From: an uncultured Acidobacteriota bacterium
GTDB taxonomy: Bacteria > Acidobacteriota > Thermoanaerobaculia > UBA5066 > DATFVB01
DNA length: 64,000 nucleotides
Assembly (NCBI GenBank): GCA_963813155.1
Contig: CAWEYG010000005.1
Location: forward strand, 64,001-128,000
Direction: 5' to 3'
Shown: in pieces, positions 1 through 13,116 of the stretch
How the letters are laid out: every line of letters begins with the position of its first letter
Numbering within the stretch: the first letter of the stretch is position 1
The notes under the pieces: generated by a model
Database searches by the model: none
What the model saw: only the letters and a program-made list of their open reading frames with translations
What the model was told of the DNA's origin: nothing
Made by a program: the position numbers and the translations under genes

Positions 1-2367
1 CTGGTCCTCGTCGGTCACCGACTTGATGCCGACGACCGGACCGTTCTTCTCCGTCACCTTGACGTTGATGACGCCGGAGCCCCCGCGCGTCTGCAGGCGG
101 TATTCGGAGGCGAGGCTGCGCTTTCCGTAGCCCTTCTCGGTGACCGTCAGGATCGTGCCGTCTTCTTCGACCGCCTCCATCTCGACGACGCAATCCTCGT
201 CGCGCTTGAAGCGGATGCCGAAAACGCCCGTCGCCGTGCGCCCCATCGGCCGAACGTTCTTCTCCTGGAAACGAATTCCGAGGCCGCTCCGCGTCCCGAG
301 GAAGATCTGGCGGGAGCCGTCGGTGATGCGAACCGAGAGGAGCTCGTCGTTTTGCTCCAGGTTGATCGCGTTGATGCCGCCGCTCCGGATGTTTCCGTAG
401 GCGGCCAGCGGCGTCTTCTTGATGAGCCCGTTGCGGGTCGCGAAGACGAGGAAGCGGTCCTCGGGAAAGTCCTTCGTCGCCGCGAGCGCGACGAGCTGCT
501 CTTCGGGCGTGAGCTGCAGAAGGTTGACGATCGCCTTTCCGCGGGTCGCCGGGCCGAGCTGCGGGAGGTCGTAGACCTTGATCCAGTGCATCCGTCCCTT
601 CGACGTGAACGCGAGGATGAACGCGTGCGTGGACGCGGTGAACAGGTGTTCGACGACGTCTTCTTCCTTCGTCGTCGCGCCGACGCGGCCCTTTCCGCCG
701 CGCCGCTGGGCGCGATAGAGCGAGAGGGGCGAGCGCTTGATGTAACCGCCGCGCGAGACGGTGATGACCATCTCTTCCTCGACGATCAGGTCTTCGACGC
801 CGATTTCGGTCACTTCCGAAACGATCTCGGTTCGCCGCTCGTTGCCGAAGGTCTTCTTGATGTCCCGAAGCTCGCCGATGATGATCTCCCGCACGAGTTT
901 CTCGGAGCTCAGGATCTCCAGGAGCCGGTCGATCAGGTCGAGAACCTCCCGGAATTCGGCGACGATCTTTTCCCGCTCCAGGCCGGTCAGCCTCTGCAGC
1001 CGCATGTCGAGGATCGCCTGCGCCTGGATGTCGTCCAGGTGGATCACGTCGGCGGGTTTGCCGGGACCCTCGAGCTTCTGGCCGACGAACTTCTCGACGC
1101 CCGCGCGCGTCATCGAGATTTCCGAAACGAGCCGGGCCTTCGCCTCCTTGGGATCCGCCGACCCGCGAATGATCTTGATCACCGCGTCGAGGTTTCCGAG
1201 GGCGAGCGCGAGACCCTTCAGGAGATGGGCCCGCTCCCTCGCCTTCTTCAGGTCGAACTTCGTCCGCCGCACGACGACCGTCTTGCGGTGGTCGACGAAG
1301 TGCTGGAGCAGCTCCTTGAGGTTGCAGACGCGGGGCGCTCCGTCGACGATGCCGAGAAAGATGATGCCGAACGTCGACTGCATCGCCGTCTGCGCGTAGA
1401 GCTTGTTCAGCACGACCTGCGAGTTTTCGCCTCGCTTGAGATCCACGACGACGCGGATACCGTCGCGGTCCGACTCGTCGCGCAGGTCGGAGATCCCCTC
1501 GATTTTCTTGTCGTTGACGAGCTCGGCGATCCGCTCGATCAGCTTCGCCTTGTTGACCTGGTACGGCAGCTCCGTGAGGATGATCGCTTCTTTTTCGCCG
1601 CGGGCCTGCTTTTCGATCACGACGCGCGCGCGCATCTGGATGATGCCGCGGCCCGTCGAATAGGCGTCCCGGATCCCCTTCGCGCCGTGGATGAAACCGG
1701 CCGTCGGAAAGTCCGGGCCGGGCATGCGCTTCATGAGCTGCGGGACGGTGGAATCCGGCTTCTGGATCAGGTCGATCGTCGCGTCGATGACTTCGCCCAG
1801 GTTGTGCGGGGGGATGTTCGTGGCCATCCCGACCGCGATTCCCGAAGAGCCGTTGACGAGGAGATTCGGGAACTTGCACGGCAGAACGGTCGGCTCCTTG
1901 AGCGAACCGTCGTAGTTGGGCACCCAATCGACGGTCTCCTTGTCGATGTCGTCGCCGATCATCTCGCTGGAGAGACGGGTCAGGCGGATCTCGGTGTATC
2001 GCATCGCCGCGGCGTTGTCGCCGTCGACGGAACCGAAGTTGCCCTGGCCGTCGACGAGCGGCTCCCGCATCGAAAAGTCCTGCGCCATGCGGACGATCGT
2101 GTCGTAGATGGCGGAGTCGCCGTGCGGATGGTATTTGCCCATGACGTCGCCGACGATGCGGGCGGACTTCTTGTACGGCTTGTTGTGGACGTTGTTCTGT
2201 TCCCACATCCCGAACAGGCACCGGCGGTGCACCGGCTTCAGGCCGTCGCGCACGTCGGGCAGCGCGCGCCCCACGATGACCGACATGGCGTAGTCGAGGT
2301 ACGACCGGCGCACCTCTTCCACCATCGAGACGGGGTTCTTCTTTTCGGAATCGAGAATCGAGCTCAT
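1..2367 (-). CDS. gyrA: DNA gyrase subunit A (3' end runs off window)
   Basis: Translated by hand from ATG 2367: [49 protein letters not shown]...[14 protein letters not shown]...AAAMRYTE; GyrA box QRRGGKG near 690-710; directly downstream of gyrB. Confidence 0.97.
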   Translation of the reverse strand, partial: MSSILDSEKKNPVSMVEEVRRSYLDYAMSVIVGRALPDVRDGLKPVHRRCLFGMWEQNNVHNKPYKKSARIVGDVMGKYHPHGDSAIYDTIVRMAQDFSMREPLVDGQGNFGSVDGDNAAAMRYTEIRLTRLSSEMIGDDIDKETVDWVPNYDGSLKEPTVLPCKFPNLLVNGSSGIAVGMATNIPPHNLGEVIDATIDLIQKPDSTVPQLMKRMPGPDFPTAGFIHGAKGIRDAYSTGRGIIQMRARVVIEKQARGEKEAIILTELPYQVNKAKLIERIAELVNDKKIEGISDLRDESDRDGIRVVVDLKRGENSQVVLNKLYAQTAMQSTFGIIFLGIVDGAPRVCNLKELLQHFVDHRKTVVVRRTKFDLKKARERAHLLKGLALALGNLDAVIKIIRGSADPKEAKARLVSEISMTRAGVEKFVGQKLEGPGKPADVIHLDDIQAQAILDMRLQRLTGLEREKIVAEFREVLDLIDRLLEILSSEKLVREIIIGELRDIKKTFGNERRTEIVSEVTEIGVEDLIVEEEMVITVSRGGYIKRSPLSLYRAQRRGGKGRVGATTKEEDVVEHLFTASTHAFILAFTSKGRMHWIKVYDLPQLGPATRGKAIVNLLQLTPEEQLVALAATKDFPEDRFLVFATRNGLIKKTPLAAYGNIRSGGINAINLEQNDELLSVRITDGSRQIFLGTRSGLGIRFQEKNVRPMGRTATGVFGIRFKRDEDCVVEMEAVEEDGTILTVTEKGYGKRSLASEYRLQTRGGSGVINVKVTEKNGPVVGIKSVTDEDQ

Positions 2368-2369
2368 GT

Positions 2370-5899
<3,530 letters not shown>

Positions 5900-5908
5900 C
5901 CGCTCTCC

Positions 5909-7021
5909 TCAAAGTCTCATCGGCATGACGACGTAGAGATACTTGGAGATTCCCGCGATGTCTTCCCCGGGACGGCAAAGGCACTGGGTGTTTTCGTCCT
6001 TCACCTGCAGGCGAACGTTTTCCGTCTCGGCCTCGGCGAGGAACTCCAGGAGGTACTGCGAATTCAGCCCGAGGGCGACCGGTTCGCCCGTGTACTCGAT
6101 CGGAAGCGTTTCGGTTCCTTCGCCGAGCTCCTGGCTCGCCGAAGAAACCGTCAGGCCCCCGTTCTCCAGCGACAGCCGCACGCCGCGCGCCCGTTCGGAA
6201 GAGAACAGGGCGATCCGCTTCACGGCGTTTTCCAGAACCGTTCGCGAGATCGTGATGATGCGGTCGTTGTCCCGCGAAAGAACTTTCTCGTAGTCCGGGA
6301 AATTCACGTCGAGCAGTCGGGCGATCAGCCTTCGCTCGCCGACCGTGAAGGCGAGATGGTTTTCCGAATGCGCGATGTCGAGCATTGCGTCGTCGGGCCC
6401 GTCCATTTTCAGGATTTCGGACAGCGCTTTCTTCGGAACCAGGATCGGCGGCAGGGATCCTTTTCCGCCCGGGCGGGGAAATTCCACCATCGCCAGGCGG
6501 TGTCCGTCAGTCGCGACGAGCTCGAGATCTTTCCCTTTTTCCTTCAAGAGAGCGCCGGAAAGTTGAAAGCGTTTTTCCTCCGACGAGATCGCGAAGAGGA
6601 TCTTCCGCGTCATCTTTTTCCAGGTCGACAGGGGGATCGAGAGGGAAGGCTTTCCTTCGACTTTCGGGACGGTCGGAAAATCTTCCGCCGGCTGAGCCAC
6701 CATTTTGTATTTTCCCGAGCCGGCCGTGACCCCGAGGTAATGGTTGTCGAGGAGCTTCAGGCGGATGCCGTCCTCGTCGAGGGATCGGATCAGGTCGAAG
6801 AGCTTTCGAGCCGGGACGCAGACCCCTCCCGGAGACGAAATTTTCGCGCCGACCTGGGTGTGGAGGGTCAAATCGAGGTCCGTGGAAGTGAGATCCAGGC
6901 CCCCGTTTTCGGCTTTCAGAAGGATGTTCGCGAGGATCGGAATCGTATTTTTCCGTTCCACCACACCTTGCAGGATCTGAAGTTCATTCAAGAACTTCCC
7001 GCGCTCAATTGTGAGTTCCAT
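5909..7021 (-). CDS. dnaN: DNA polymerase III beta sliding clamp
   Basis: 370 aa; TIPILANILL, STDLD, VATDGHRLA, FPDYEKV, C-terminal VVMPMRL. Confidence 0.97.
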   Translation of the reverse strand: MELTIERGKFLNELQILQGVVERKNTIPILANILLKAENGGLDLTSTDLDLTLHTQVGAKISSPGGVCVPARKLFDLIRSLDEDGIRLKLLDNHYLGVTAGSGKYKMVAQPAEDFPTVPKVEGKPSLSIPLSTWKKMTRKILFAISSEEKRFQLSGALLKEKGKDLELVATDGHRLAMVEFPRPGGKGSLPPILVPKKALSEILKMDGPDDAMLDIAHSENHLAFTVGERRLIARLLDVNFPDYEKVLSRDNDRIITISRTVLENAVKRIALFSSERARGVRLSLENGGLTVSSASQELGEGTETLPIEYTGEPVALGLNSQYLLEFLAEAETENVRLQVKDENTQCLCRPGEDIAGISKYLYVVMPMRL

Positions 7022-7241
7022 ATCACTCCTGGTGAAGGAGAAAGAGTATCACACCAGGTACCCGTTGTAGGCCTGTGCGAGAGTCTTTTCTCATCGTGCT
7101 AAACTATTTTACACAAAACACTTAGTTCGCGTCAAGCCTTCGGAAAGGCGGCGTCCGAACGGGGGCTTTTCGCGGCAGGACCGTGGCCATGGCGGGGGTG
7201 TGAAATTCGTGCCTGTGGAAGGGGGGAAATTGCGTCCCAAC
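7022..7241. other. Probable oriC segment (dnaA-dnaN intergenic region)
   Basis: AT-rich core 7100-7124; TTTTACACA at 7107-7115 fits DnaA box TTWTNCACA; degenerate boxes TGTGCGAGA (7074) and TGTGGAAGG (7214); canonical location. Confidence 0.7.
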
Positions 7242-8549
7242 TCACCGGAAAGACGAGCTCAAACCGTCGAGCGTCTTGTGAAAATCCGCGTCGTCCTCGT
7301 AGAGGCGCTGAATTTTTTCGACCGAATGCATGACCGTGGAGTGGTGCTTGTCGTTGAAGAGCCTTCCGATCTCCGGAAACGAGAGACGCGTGAGGTTCCG
7401 GCACAGGTACATCGCGATCTGCCGGGGAAAAGCGACGACCTTCGCGTTGGATTTCGCCTTGAGATCGGACACGCGCAGGCCGTAGTGGGAGGCGACGGCC
7501 TTCAGGATTTCCGCCGGGGTCGCCTTTCGGTCGTCGCTGACGACCATGTCCTTGAGCGTTTCGCGAGCGAGCTCGAGCGTCAGCGGGCTTCCGGTGAGCG
7601 AGGCGAAGGCGAGAACCCGGTTGACTCTTCCCTCGAGTTCCCGGATGTTGCTCTTGACGCTCGCCGCGATGTAGAGGGCGACGTCGTTGGGAATGAAAAT
7701 CTTTTCTTCCTCCGCCTTTTTCCGCAGGATCGCGACCTTCATTTCGAGATCGGGAGGCTGAATGTCGGCAATCAGCCCCCACTCGAACCTCGAACGCAGG
7801 CGCTCTTCGAGCGACGAGAGCTCCTTGGGCGGCGCATCGCAGGAAAGCACGATCTGACGCTGCGATTCGTGAAGGGAGTTGAACGTGTGGAAGAACTCTT
7901 CCTGTGTCGCTTCCTTGCCGGCGATGAACTGCACGTCGTCGACGAGCAGCACGTCGAGCTCCCGGTAGCGGCGGCGGAACTCGTGCATCCGCTCGCTCTT
8001 GATGCCGTTGATGAGGTCGTTCAGGAATTTCTCGGCGGAAAGGTAGAGCACCCGGGCGGCCGACCGGCCGCGGACGATCTCGTGCGCGATCGCGTGCATC
8101 AGGTGCGTCTTGCCCAGCCCGACGCCGCCGTAGATGAACAACGGGTTGTACGATCGCGAGGGAGCTTCGGCCACCGCGCGCGCCGCGGCGTGCGCGAACT
8201 GATTCGAGGAGCCGACGACGAAGCTCTGAAACGTGTAGCGGGGGTTCAGTCCCGGCGGAGGCGCCGCAGAAACCGATTTTTCCGTTTCGGCTCCCTGGGG
8301 ATCCGCGACGAATTCCAGCGTCAGGCCGGGGAGCCCGATCGATTCCGCGGCGGCGCGAAGCGAGGCCGAATGGTGCGACGGGATCCAGTCCGCAAAGACC
8401 GCGTTCGGGACGAGAATCGTCCAGAACGGCAATCCCTGCGTTTCACTCTCCGCGCCGAACCGCGCGGGGAGAAACCAGGTTCGAAATTCCTTTTCCTCGA
8501 TCTGGGGTTCGAGGGCGGAGAGAAACTCGGTCCACCGGTTTTGCGCCAT
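7242..8549 (-). CDS. dnaA: Chromosomal replication initiator DnaA
   Basis: LNPRYTFQSFVVGSSN, YNPLFIYGGVGLGKTHL, DDVQF, RLRSRFEWGL, KHHSTVMH; ATG 8549. Confidence 0.98.
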   Translation of the reverse strand: MAQNRWTEFLSALEPQIEEKEFRTWFLPARFGAESETQGLPFWTILVPNAVFADWIPSHHSASLRAAAESIGLPGLTLEFVADPQGAETEKSVSAAPPPGLNPRYTFQSFVVGSSNQFAHAAARAVAEAPSRSYNPLFIYGGVGLGKTHLMHAIAHEIVRGRSAARVLYLSAEKFLNDLINGIKSERMHEFRRRYRELDVLLVDDVQFIAGKEATQEEFFHTFNSLHESQRQIVLSCDAPPKELSSLEERLRSRFEWGLIADIQPPDLEMKVAILRKKAEEEKIFIPNDVALYIAASVKSNIRELEGRVNRVLAFASLTGSPLTLELARETLKDMVVSDDRKATPAEILKAVASHYGLRVSDLKAKSNAKVVAFPRQIAMYLCRNLTRLSFPEIGRLFNDKHHSTVMHSVEKIQRLYEDDADFHKTLDGLSSSFR

Positions 8550-8553
8550 CACA

Positions 8554-8585
8554 TTTTCCGCAGGTTTTTCCACAACTGTGGAAAC
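8554..8585. promoter_or_regulatory. Cluster of three DnaA boxes upstream of dnaA
   Basis: TTTTCCGCA 8554-8562, TTTTCCACA 8566-8574 (consensus match), TGTGGAAAC 8577-8585 (inverted). Confidence 0.8.
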
Positions 8586-8610
8586 TTTCGCGGAGATCTT
8601 AGCATAATCC

Positions 8611-8640
8611 TTGACATGCTTTCGACGCGGGAAATAGAAT
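8611..8640 (+). promoter_or_regulatory. Sigma70-type promoter of the rpmH-rnpA operon
   Basis: TTGACA 8611-8616, 18-bp spacer, TAGAAT 8635-8640. Confidence 0.7.
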
Positions 8641-8672
8641 CAAAGTTTTGAAGCGAAAGGTACGAGGAGCCC

Positions 8673-8807
8673 ATGAAAAGGACCTTCCAACCCAACAACA
8701 GCCGGCGCAAGAAGACGCACGGCTTTCGTTCTCGAATGAGCTCCAAGACCGGCCGGGCGGTGCTTTCGGCCCGCCGACGCAAGGGACGCAAACGTCTGAC
8801 GGTCTGA
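8673..8807 (+). CDS. rpmH: 50S ribosomal protein L34 (absent from supplied ORF track)
   Basis: Hand translation [44 protein letters not shown]; SD GAGGAG at 8664. Confidence 0.98.
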   Translation: MKRTFQPNNSRRKKTHGFRSRMSSKTGRAVLSARRRKGRKRLTV

Positions 8808-9184
8808 ACCCGGGAACAGTCGCCCGGGAGGGGTTTCCGAAAGAGAACCGGCTCCGAAAGAGGCAGGACTTCACCGCTTGTCAAAAGAGAGGCACAAGGA
8901 TTGCGGGGCGCTGGATGGTGCTGTTGGCCCTCGAGAATCGGGGGCCGGCGACGCGTTTGGGTCTCTCCGTGCCGCGCCGCGTGGGAACGGCGCCCACACG
9001 GAACCGAACGAAACGGCGCCTTCGCGACATTTTTCGCCGATTTCCACCGCTCGACGGGAGCCGGAAGGACATTTGCGTGATCGTGAAGCCCGAAGCGGCG
9101 CGAGCGACGTATCTGGAGCTTCGCGAGGAATTCGGGCGGCTGTACCGAACAGCCTTCTCACCCGGACGGCCCTCGGCCTCTTGA
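8804..9184 (+). CDS. rnpA: Ribonuclease P protein component (start uncertain: CTG 8804 or TTG 8648)
   Basis: [37 protein letters not shown] (RNR motif); position after rpmH. Confidence 0.9.
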   Translation: MNPGTVAREGFPKENRLRKRQDFTACQKRGTRIAGRWMVLLALENRGPATRLGLSVPRRVGTAPTRNRTKRRLRDIFRRFPPLDGSRKDICVIVKPEAARATYLELREEFGRLYRTAFSPGRPSAS

Positions 9185-9366
9185 AGGCCTACAAAGTCGT
9201 CCTTTCGCCCCTCCTTCCCCGCTCGTGCCGGTTCGAGCCGACGTGTTCCGAATACGCGAAGGAAGCAATCGCCCGATACGGTGTGGGACGAGGGTTCCTC
9301 CTCGCCGCGGGACGACTCTGCCGCTGCCAGCCGTTCTCGGCGGGCGGCTTCGATCCGGTGCGCTGA
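9181..9366 (+). CDS. yidD: Membrane protein insertion efficiency factor YidD
   Basis: YKVVLSPLLPRSCRFEPTCSEYAKEAIARYG...RCQPFSAGGFDPV; TTG overlaps rnpA stop (start approximate). Confidence 0.9.
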   Translation: MKAYKVVLSPLLPRSCRFEPTCSEYAKEAIARYGVGRGFLLAAGRLCRCQPFSAGGFDPVR

Positions 9367-9368
9367 AA

Positions 9369-11030
9369 ATGGAGAAGCGTCTTTTGATCGCGGCCGCCCT
9401 CTCGGTGGCCGTCCTCGTGCTGTGGGAAGTGATCGCGCCGAAGCCCCCGGCGCCCGAACCGGCTCGTCCCTCCCCCGTCACCGAGTCGACACCGGCAGCC
9501 ACCGCCACCCCGGCCCCGCCGGCGAACGCGTCGGCGAGCCCCGTTCCCGCACCCTCTCCCGCGGCGGCCGTTCCCGAAGTCTCCGCCCCGGCGGAGGAAC
9601 GCGTCGTCGTCGACCGGCCCCTCTATCGAGCCGTTTTCAGCAACCGGGGCGCGGTGCTCGTTTCGTACATCCTGAAGAAATACGACGACGACCAGGGACA
9701 GCCGCTCGAGATGGTCCATTTCGACCCGTCCTCGAGGCCTTCGGACCTGAGCCTCGACTTCGGGGCCGATGCCGACGCGACGCGGGCGGCGAATGCCTCG
9801 CTCTACGAGGTGACGCGCACCCAGGACGGCGGCGAGCGAATCCGTTTCCGGTTCTCCGGCTCCGGCCGCGCGATCGACAAGACGTTCGTGTTCGGCGACG
9901 GCTACCTGATCTCGACCGAAATCGCCTGCGCCGGGACGCCGCCCGAATTCGCCGTGAATCTCGGCCCCGGGCTGCGGAACCTTTCGGCCAAGGAGAAAGA
10001 GAACCGCTTCACCGGTTCCTCCGGAGCCGTCTATTTCGACGGCGAACGCGCCCGTTCCGTTCCGCACCAGAAAGTCGACGCCGTTCAGCAGGGGGCCCTT
10101 CCCGCGGGCGGGTTCGTCGGGCTCGAAGACAACTATTTTCTCGCGGCCCTGGTTCCGGAGGGCGCGGCCGCGTGGAAGCTCGAGCCGGTGAAGGACCCGA
10201 AAAACGGGGTCGAAGTGCGAGCGAGCGCCGTCGCCGCGCGAAGCCTGAAGGCGAAGCTCTTCATCGGGCCGAAGGATCTCGACGTCCTCTCCGCTCTGAA
10301 CCTCCATCTCGAGGAGACGGTGAGTTTCCGGACGATGGGGATCAACCTCGGATGGATCGCGAAAGCGCTCATCTGGCTTCTCAAGGCAGCGCACCGATAC
10401 GTGATCCCGAACTGGGGAGTCGCGATCCTGATCGTGACGTTTCTCGTGCGGCTGCTGCTCTTTCCGCTCATGCACAAGTCGTTTGTCGGCATGAAGAAAA
10501 TGCAGAAGCTCCAGCCGAAGATCAACGCGATCAAGGACCGGTACAAGAAGGCGAAGATCGACGCCGAGCAGCGCAACAAGATGAACCAGGAGATGATGGC
10601 GCTCTACCAGTCCGAGGGCTACAACCCGATGAGCGGCTGCCTGCCGATGCTGCTGCAGATGCCCGTTTTCTTCGCCTTCTACGTGATTCTCGAGAAGGCG
10701 ATCGAGCTTCGGCACGCGCCGTTTTTTTTCTGGATCAAGGACCTGTCCGCGAAAGACCCGACCTACGTCCTGCTCATCCTGATGATCGCGAGCATGTTCT
10801 TCCAGCAGCTGATGACGCCCTCCACGGTGGATCCGGCGCAGAGGAAAATGTTCCTCATGATGCCGCTGTTCTGGGGATTCTTCCTGAAGGACATGCCCGC
10901 CGGGCTCGTTCTCTACTGGCTCTTCTCCAACCTGCTCGGCATCGCCCAGCAGCTTTTGATCAATCGGATGTACGACGAGCCGGCGCCCGCCCCGGCTCGG
11001 AAGTCGAAGAACGCGAAGGCGCGAGGATAG
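9369..11030 (+). CDS. yidC: Membrane protein insertase YidC
   Basis: MEKRLLIA N-terminal TM, NWGVAILIVT, NPMSGCLPMLLQMPVF, PAGLVLYW. Confidence 0.96.
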   Translation: MEKRLLIAAALSVAVLVLWEVIAPKPPAPEPARPSPVTESTPAATATPAPPANASASPVPAPSPAAAVPEVSAPAEERVVVDRPLYRAVFSNRGAVLVSYILKKYDDDQGQPLEMVHFDPSSRPSDLSLDFGADADATRAANASLYEVTRTQDGGERIRFRFSGSGRAIDKTFVFGDGYLISTEIACAGTPPEFAVNLGPGLRNLSAKEKENRFTGSSGAVYFDGERARSVPHQKVDAVQQGALPAGGFVGLEDNYFLAALVPEGAAAWKLEPVKDPKNGVEVRASAVAARSLKAKLFIGPKDLDVLSALNLHLEETVSFRTMGINLGWIAKALIWLLKAAHRYVIPNWGVAILIVTFLVRLLLFPLMHKSFVGMKKMQKLQPKINAIKDRYKKAKIDAEQRNKMNQEMMALYQSEGYNPMSGCLPMLLQMPVFFAFYVILEKAIELRHAPFFFWIKDLSAKDPTYVLLILMIASMFFQQLMTPSTVDPAQRKMFLMMPLFWGFFLKDMPAGLVLYWLFSNLLGIAQQLLINRMYDEPAPAPARKSKNAKARG

Positions 11031-11046
11031 GATTCAAGAGGTCAAG

Positions 11047-11697
11047 ATGCGATACGAGGGAAAGACACTCGAGGAAGCGCTGGAGCAGGCGGCCGCGGCG
11101 GTCGGCCGGCCGGCCGACGATCTTCAATACCGGATCGTCGACGACAAGAAATCGTTCTGGGGCAGCCGCAAGGTCGTCGTCGAGCTGATCACCGACGGAA
11201 CGCTCAAGCTCGCCTCCCCCGCTCCGGCGCCGGGACGCGACGAGGAGCCCGCCGACGAGGAGACGATCTCGGAAGTGACGCGCATCCTGCGCGAGATCCT
11301 CGTGGCGGCGGAGCTGCGCGCGGAAGTCGTTCACCGGGGCGAGCTCTCCTTCGAGCTCACGGGCGAAGACCTTCCCCACCTCCTGGCCCGGCACGGCGAG
11401 GGGCTCGAAGGCCTCCAGACGCTCGTGGGACGCATCGCCGGCAAGAAGCTCGGCAAGGCGGTCTTTCCCCACGTCGATGCCGAGGGTTTCCGCGAGAAAC
11501 GGCAGGAAATGATCGAAGAATCGGCGCGCAAACAGGCCGAGCGCGTGAAGCTGTCGGGCCGCAAGGTGCTGCTGGATCCGATGTCCCCGTCCGACCGGCG
11601 CCTCGTTCACCTGAGCCTCTCCAACGACGCCCAGGTGGAGACGCGCAGCGAGGGAGAGGGGTTCTTCAAGCGGGTCGCCATTTTTCCGCGCCAATAA
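11047..11697 (+). CDS. jag: Jag/KhpB (EloR) RNA-binding protein, Jag_N-KH-R3H
   Basis: GKTLEEAL N-terminus; R3H motif PMSPSDRRLVH...TRSEGEG; follows yidC. Confidence 0.88.
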   Translation: MRYEGKTLEEALEQAAAAVGRPADDLQYRIVDDKKSFWGSRKVVVELITDGTLKLASPAPAPGRDEEPADEETISEVTRILREILVAAELRAEVVHRGELSFELTGEDLPHLLARHGEGLEGLQTLVGRIAGKKLGKAVFPHVDAEGFREKRQEMIEESARKQAERVKLSGRKVLLDPMSPSDRRLVHLSLSNDAQVETRSEGEGFFKRVAIFPRQ

Positions 11698-11760
11698 GCG
11701 GGCGCCGCTTTCAAGGGTCGCCGGGCTCGGGTCTCGCCGCGCTTCGCGGATAATTCCCTC

Positions 11761-13116
11761 ATGAGGCCCTCTCGAGCCGCCGACCTGGACACGATTGTCG
11801 CCGCGGCGACTCCGGCGGGGCGCAGCGCCCTCGCCCTCGTGAGAATTTCCGGCGGCCGGGCGCTCGCGGTCCTTCGTTCCCTCGCGCCGGGGCTCGCCAG
11901 GACTCCGCGCGCGCGCGTCGCGAGGCTCGTCGAGCTTCGCGATCCTCTCGGAAATCCGTTCGACCGGGCTCTCGCGACGTACTACCCCGCACCGAACTCG
12001 TATACCGGCGAGGACGTCGTCGAGATCGCGATCCACGGAAACCCGATTCTCGTGCGGAAGCTTCTCGCCGCCTCGGCGGCCGCCGGCGCCCGGGAGGCGG
12101 AAGCCGGCGAATTTTCGCGGCGCGCGTTTCTCCACGCGAAGCTCGACCTGACGGAAGCGGAATCGGTGCAGGGAGCTGATCGACGCGAAGACCGAAGCCG
12201 CGGCTCTCGGAGCTCTTCGCCGGCTGTCGGGATCGCTCTCGGGGCGTCTGGGACGCGTGCGAGAGTCCCTCCTTCTCGCGGTGACGCTCTGGACCGCGTG
12301 CGATCGATTTTCCGGAACAGGCGGGCGAGGAAGATCCCGGCGCGATCGGCGGGCATTCTCGGGGACGCGCATCGCGAGCTGTCGGACCTCCTCCGCTGCG
12401 CGGCCGCGGGCGCGCGCGTGTCTTCCGGCGTGCGGGTCGCGATCGTCGGGCCGCCGAACGCCGGAAAGTCGACGATCTTCAACGCGATGCTCGGTCGCGA
12501 CCGGGCGATCGTGACGCCGCACCCGGGAACGACGCGCGACACGCTCGAAGGAGAGATCGAGCTGGAAGGCCTTTCGATCGTCCTGATCGATACGGCGGGG
12601 CTTCGGGAGTCCGCGGAGCCGGTCGAGTCGGAGGGAATCGTCCGGGCGCGCGACGAGGTCGAGCGAGCAGACGTCGTGCTCTACGTCCGCGAGGCGGGGG
12701 AGCGGTGGACGGCGGACGATCGCGATTTCTGGAGCGGCCTTTCGGGGAGGCCCCGGCTGCTGGTCTCCAACAAGATCGACATTCGCCTTCCCGAGCCTTC
12801 GGAGCCCGGCGTTCGCGTGTGCGCGCTGTCGCCGGACGCTCCCGCGGTCCTTCGCGCGGCCGTCGCCGGGATCCTGCGCGAGGACTTCCACGCCGAGGCT
12901 TCGACGCAGGTCGTTTCCGGGCGCCAGCGGGATCTTCTCGATCGCGCCGAAAAGGAGGTTGTCCGGGCGCTCCGGTCCCTCGAGGGGCGCGCCCCGGCCG
13001 AAATCTCGGTTTCCCACGCCGAGGAAGCCCTTGGAATCCTGAGTGATCTCGTGGGGGAGACGACGACCGAGGACGCCCTCGACCGGCTCTTCTCCCGTTT
13101 CTGCATCGGCAAATGA
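11761..13116 (+). CDS. mnmE: tRNA modification GTPase MnmE (internal segment scrambled by three +1 insertions)
   Basis: [46 protein letters not shown]-terminal FSRFCIGK. Confidence 0.93.
   Translation: MRPSRAADLDTIVAAATPAGRSALALVRISGGRALAVLRSLAPGLARTPRARVARLVELRDPLGNPFDRALATYYPAPNSYTGEDVVEIAIHGNPILVRKLLAASAAAGAREAEAGEFSRRAFLHAKLDLTEAESVQGADRREDRSRGSRSSSPAVGIALGASGTRARVPPSRGDALDRVRSIFRNRRARKIPARSAGILGDAHRELSDLLRCAAAGARVSSGVRVAIVGPPNAGKSTIFNAMLGRDRAIVTPHPGTTRDTLEGEIELEGLSIVLIDTAGLRESAEPVESEGIVRARDEVERADVVLYVREAGERWTADDRDFWSGLSGRPRLLVSNKIDIRLPEPSEPGVRVCALSPDAPAVLRAAVAGILREDFHAEASTQVVSGRQRDLLDRAEKEVVRALRSLEGRAPAEISVSHAEEALGILSDLVGETTTEDALDRLFSRFCIGK

Noticed and set aside
11696-11711. Hairpin AAGCGG-GCG-CCGCTT after jag as a terminator
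   Set aside because: The stem is short with only a 3-T tail; too weak to call.
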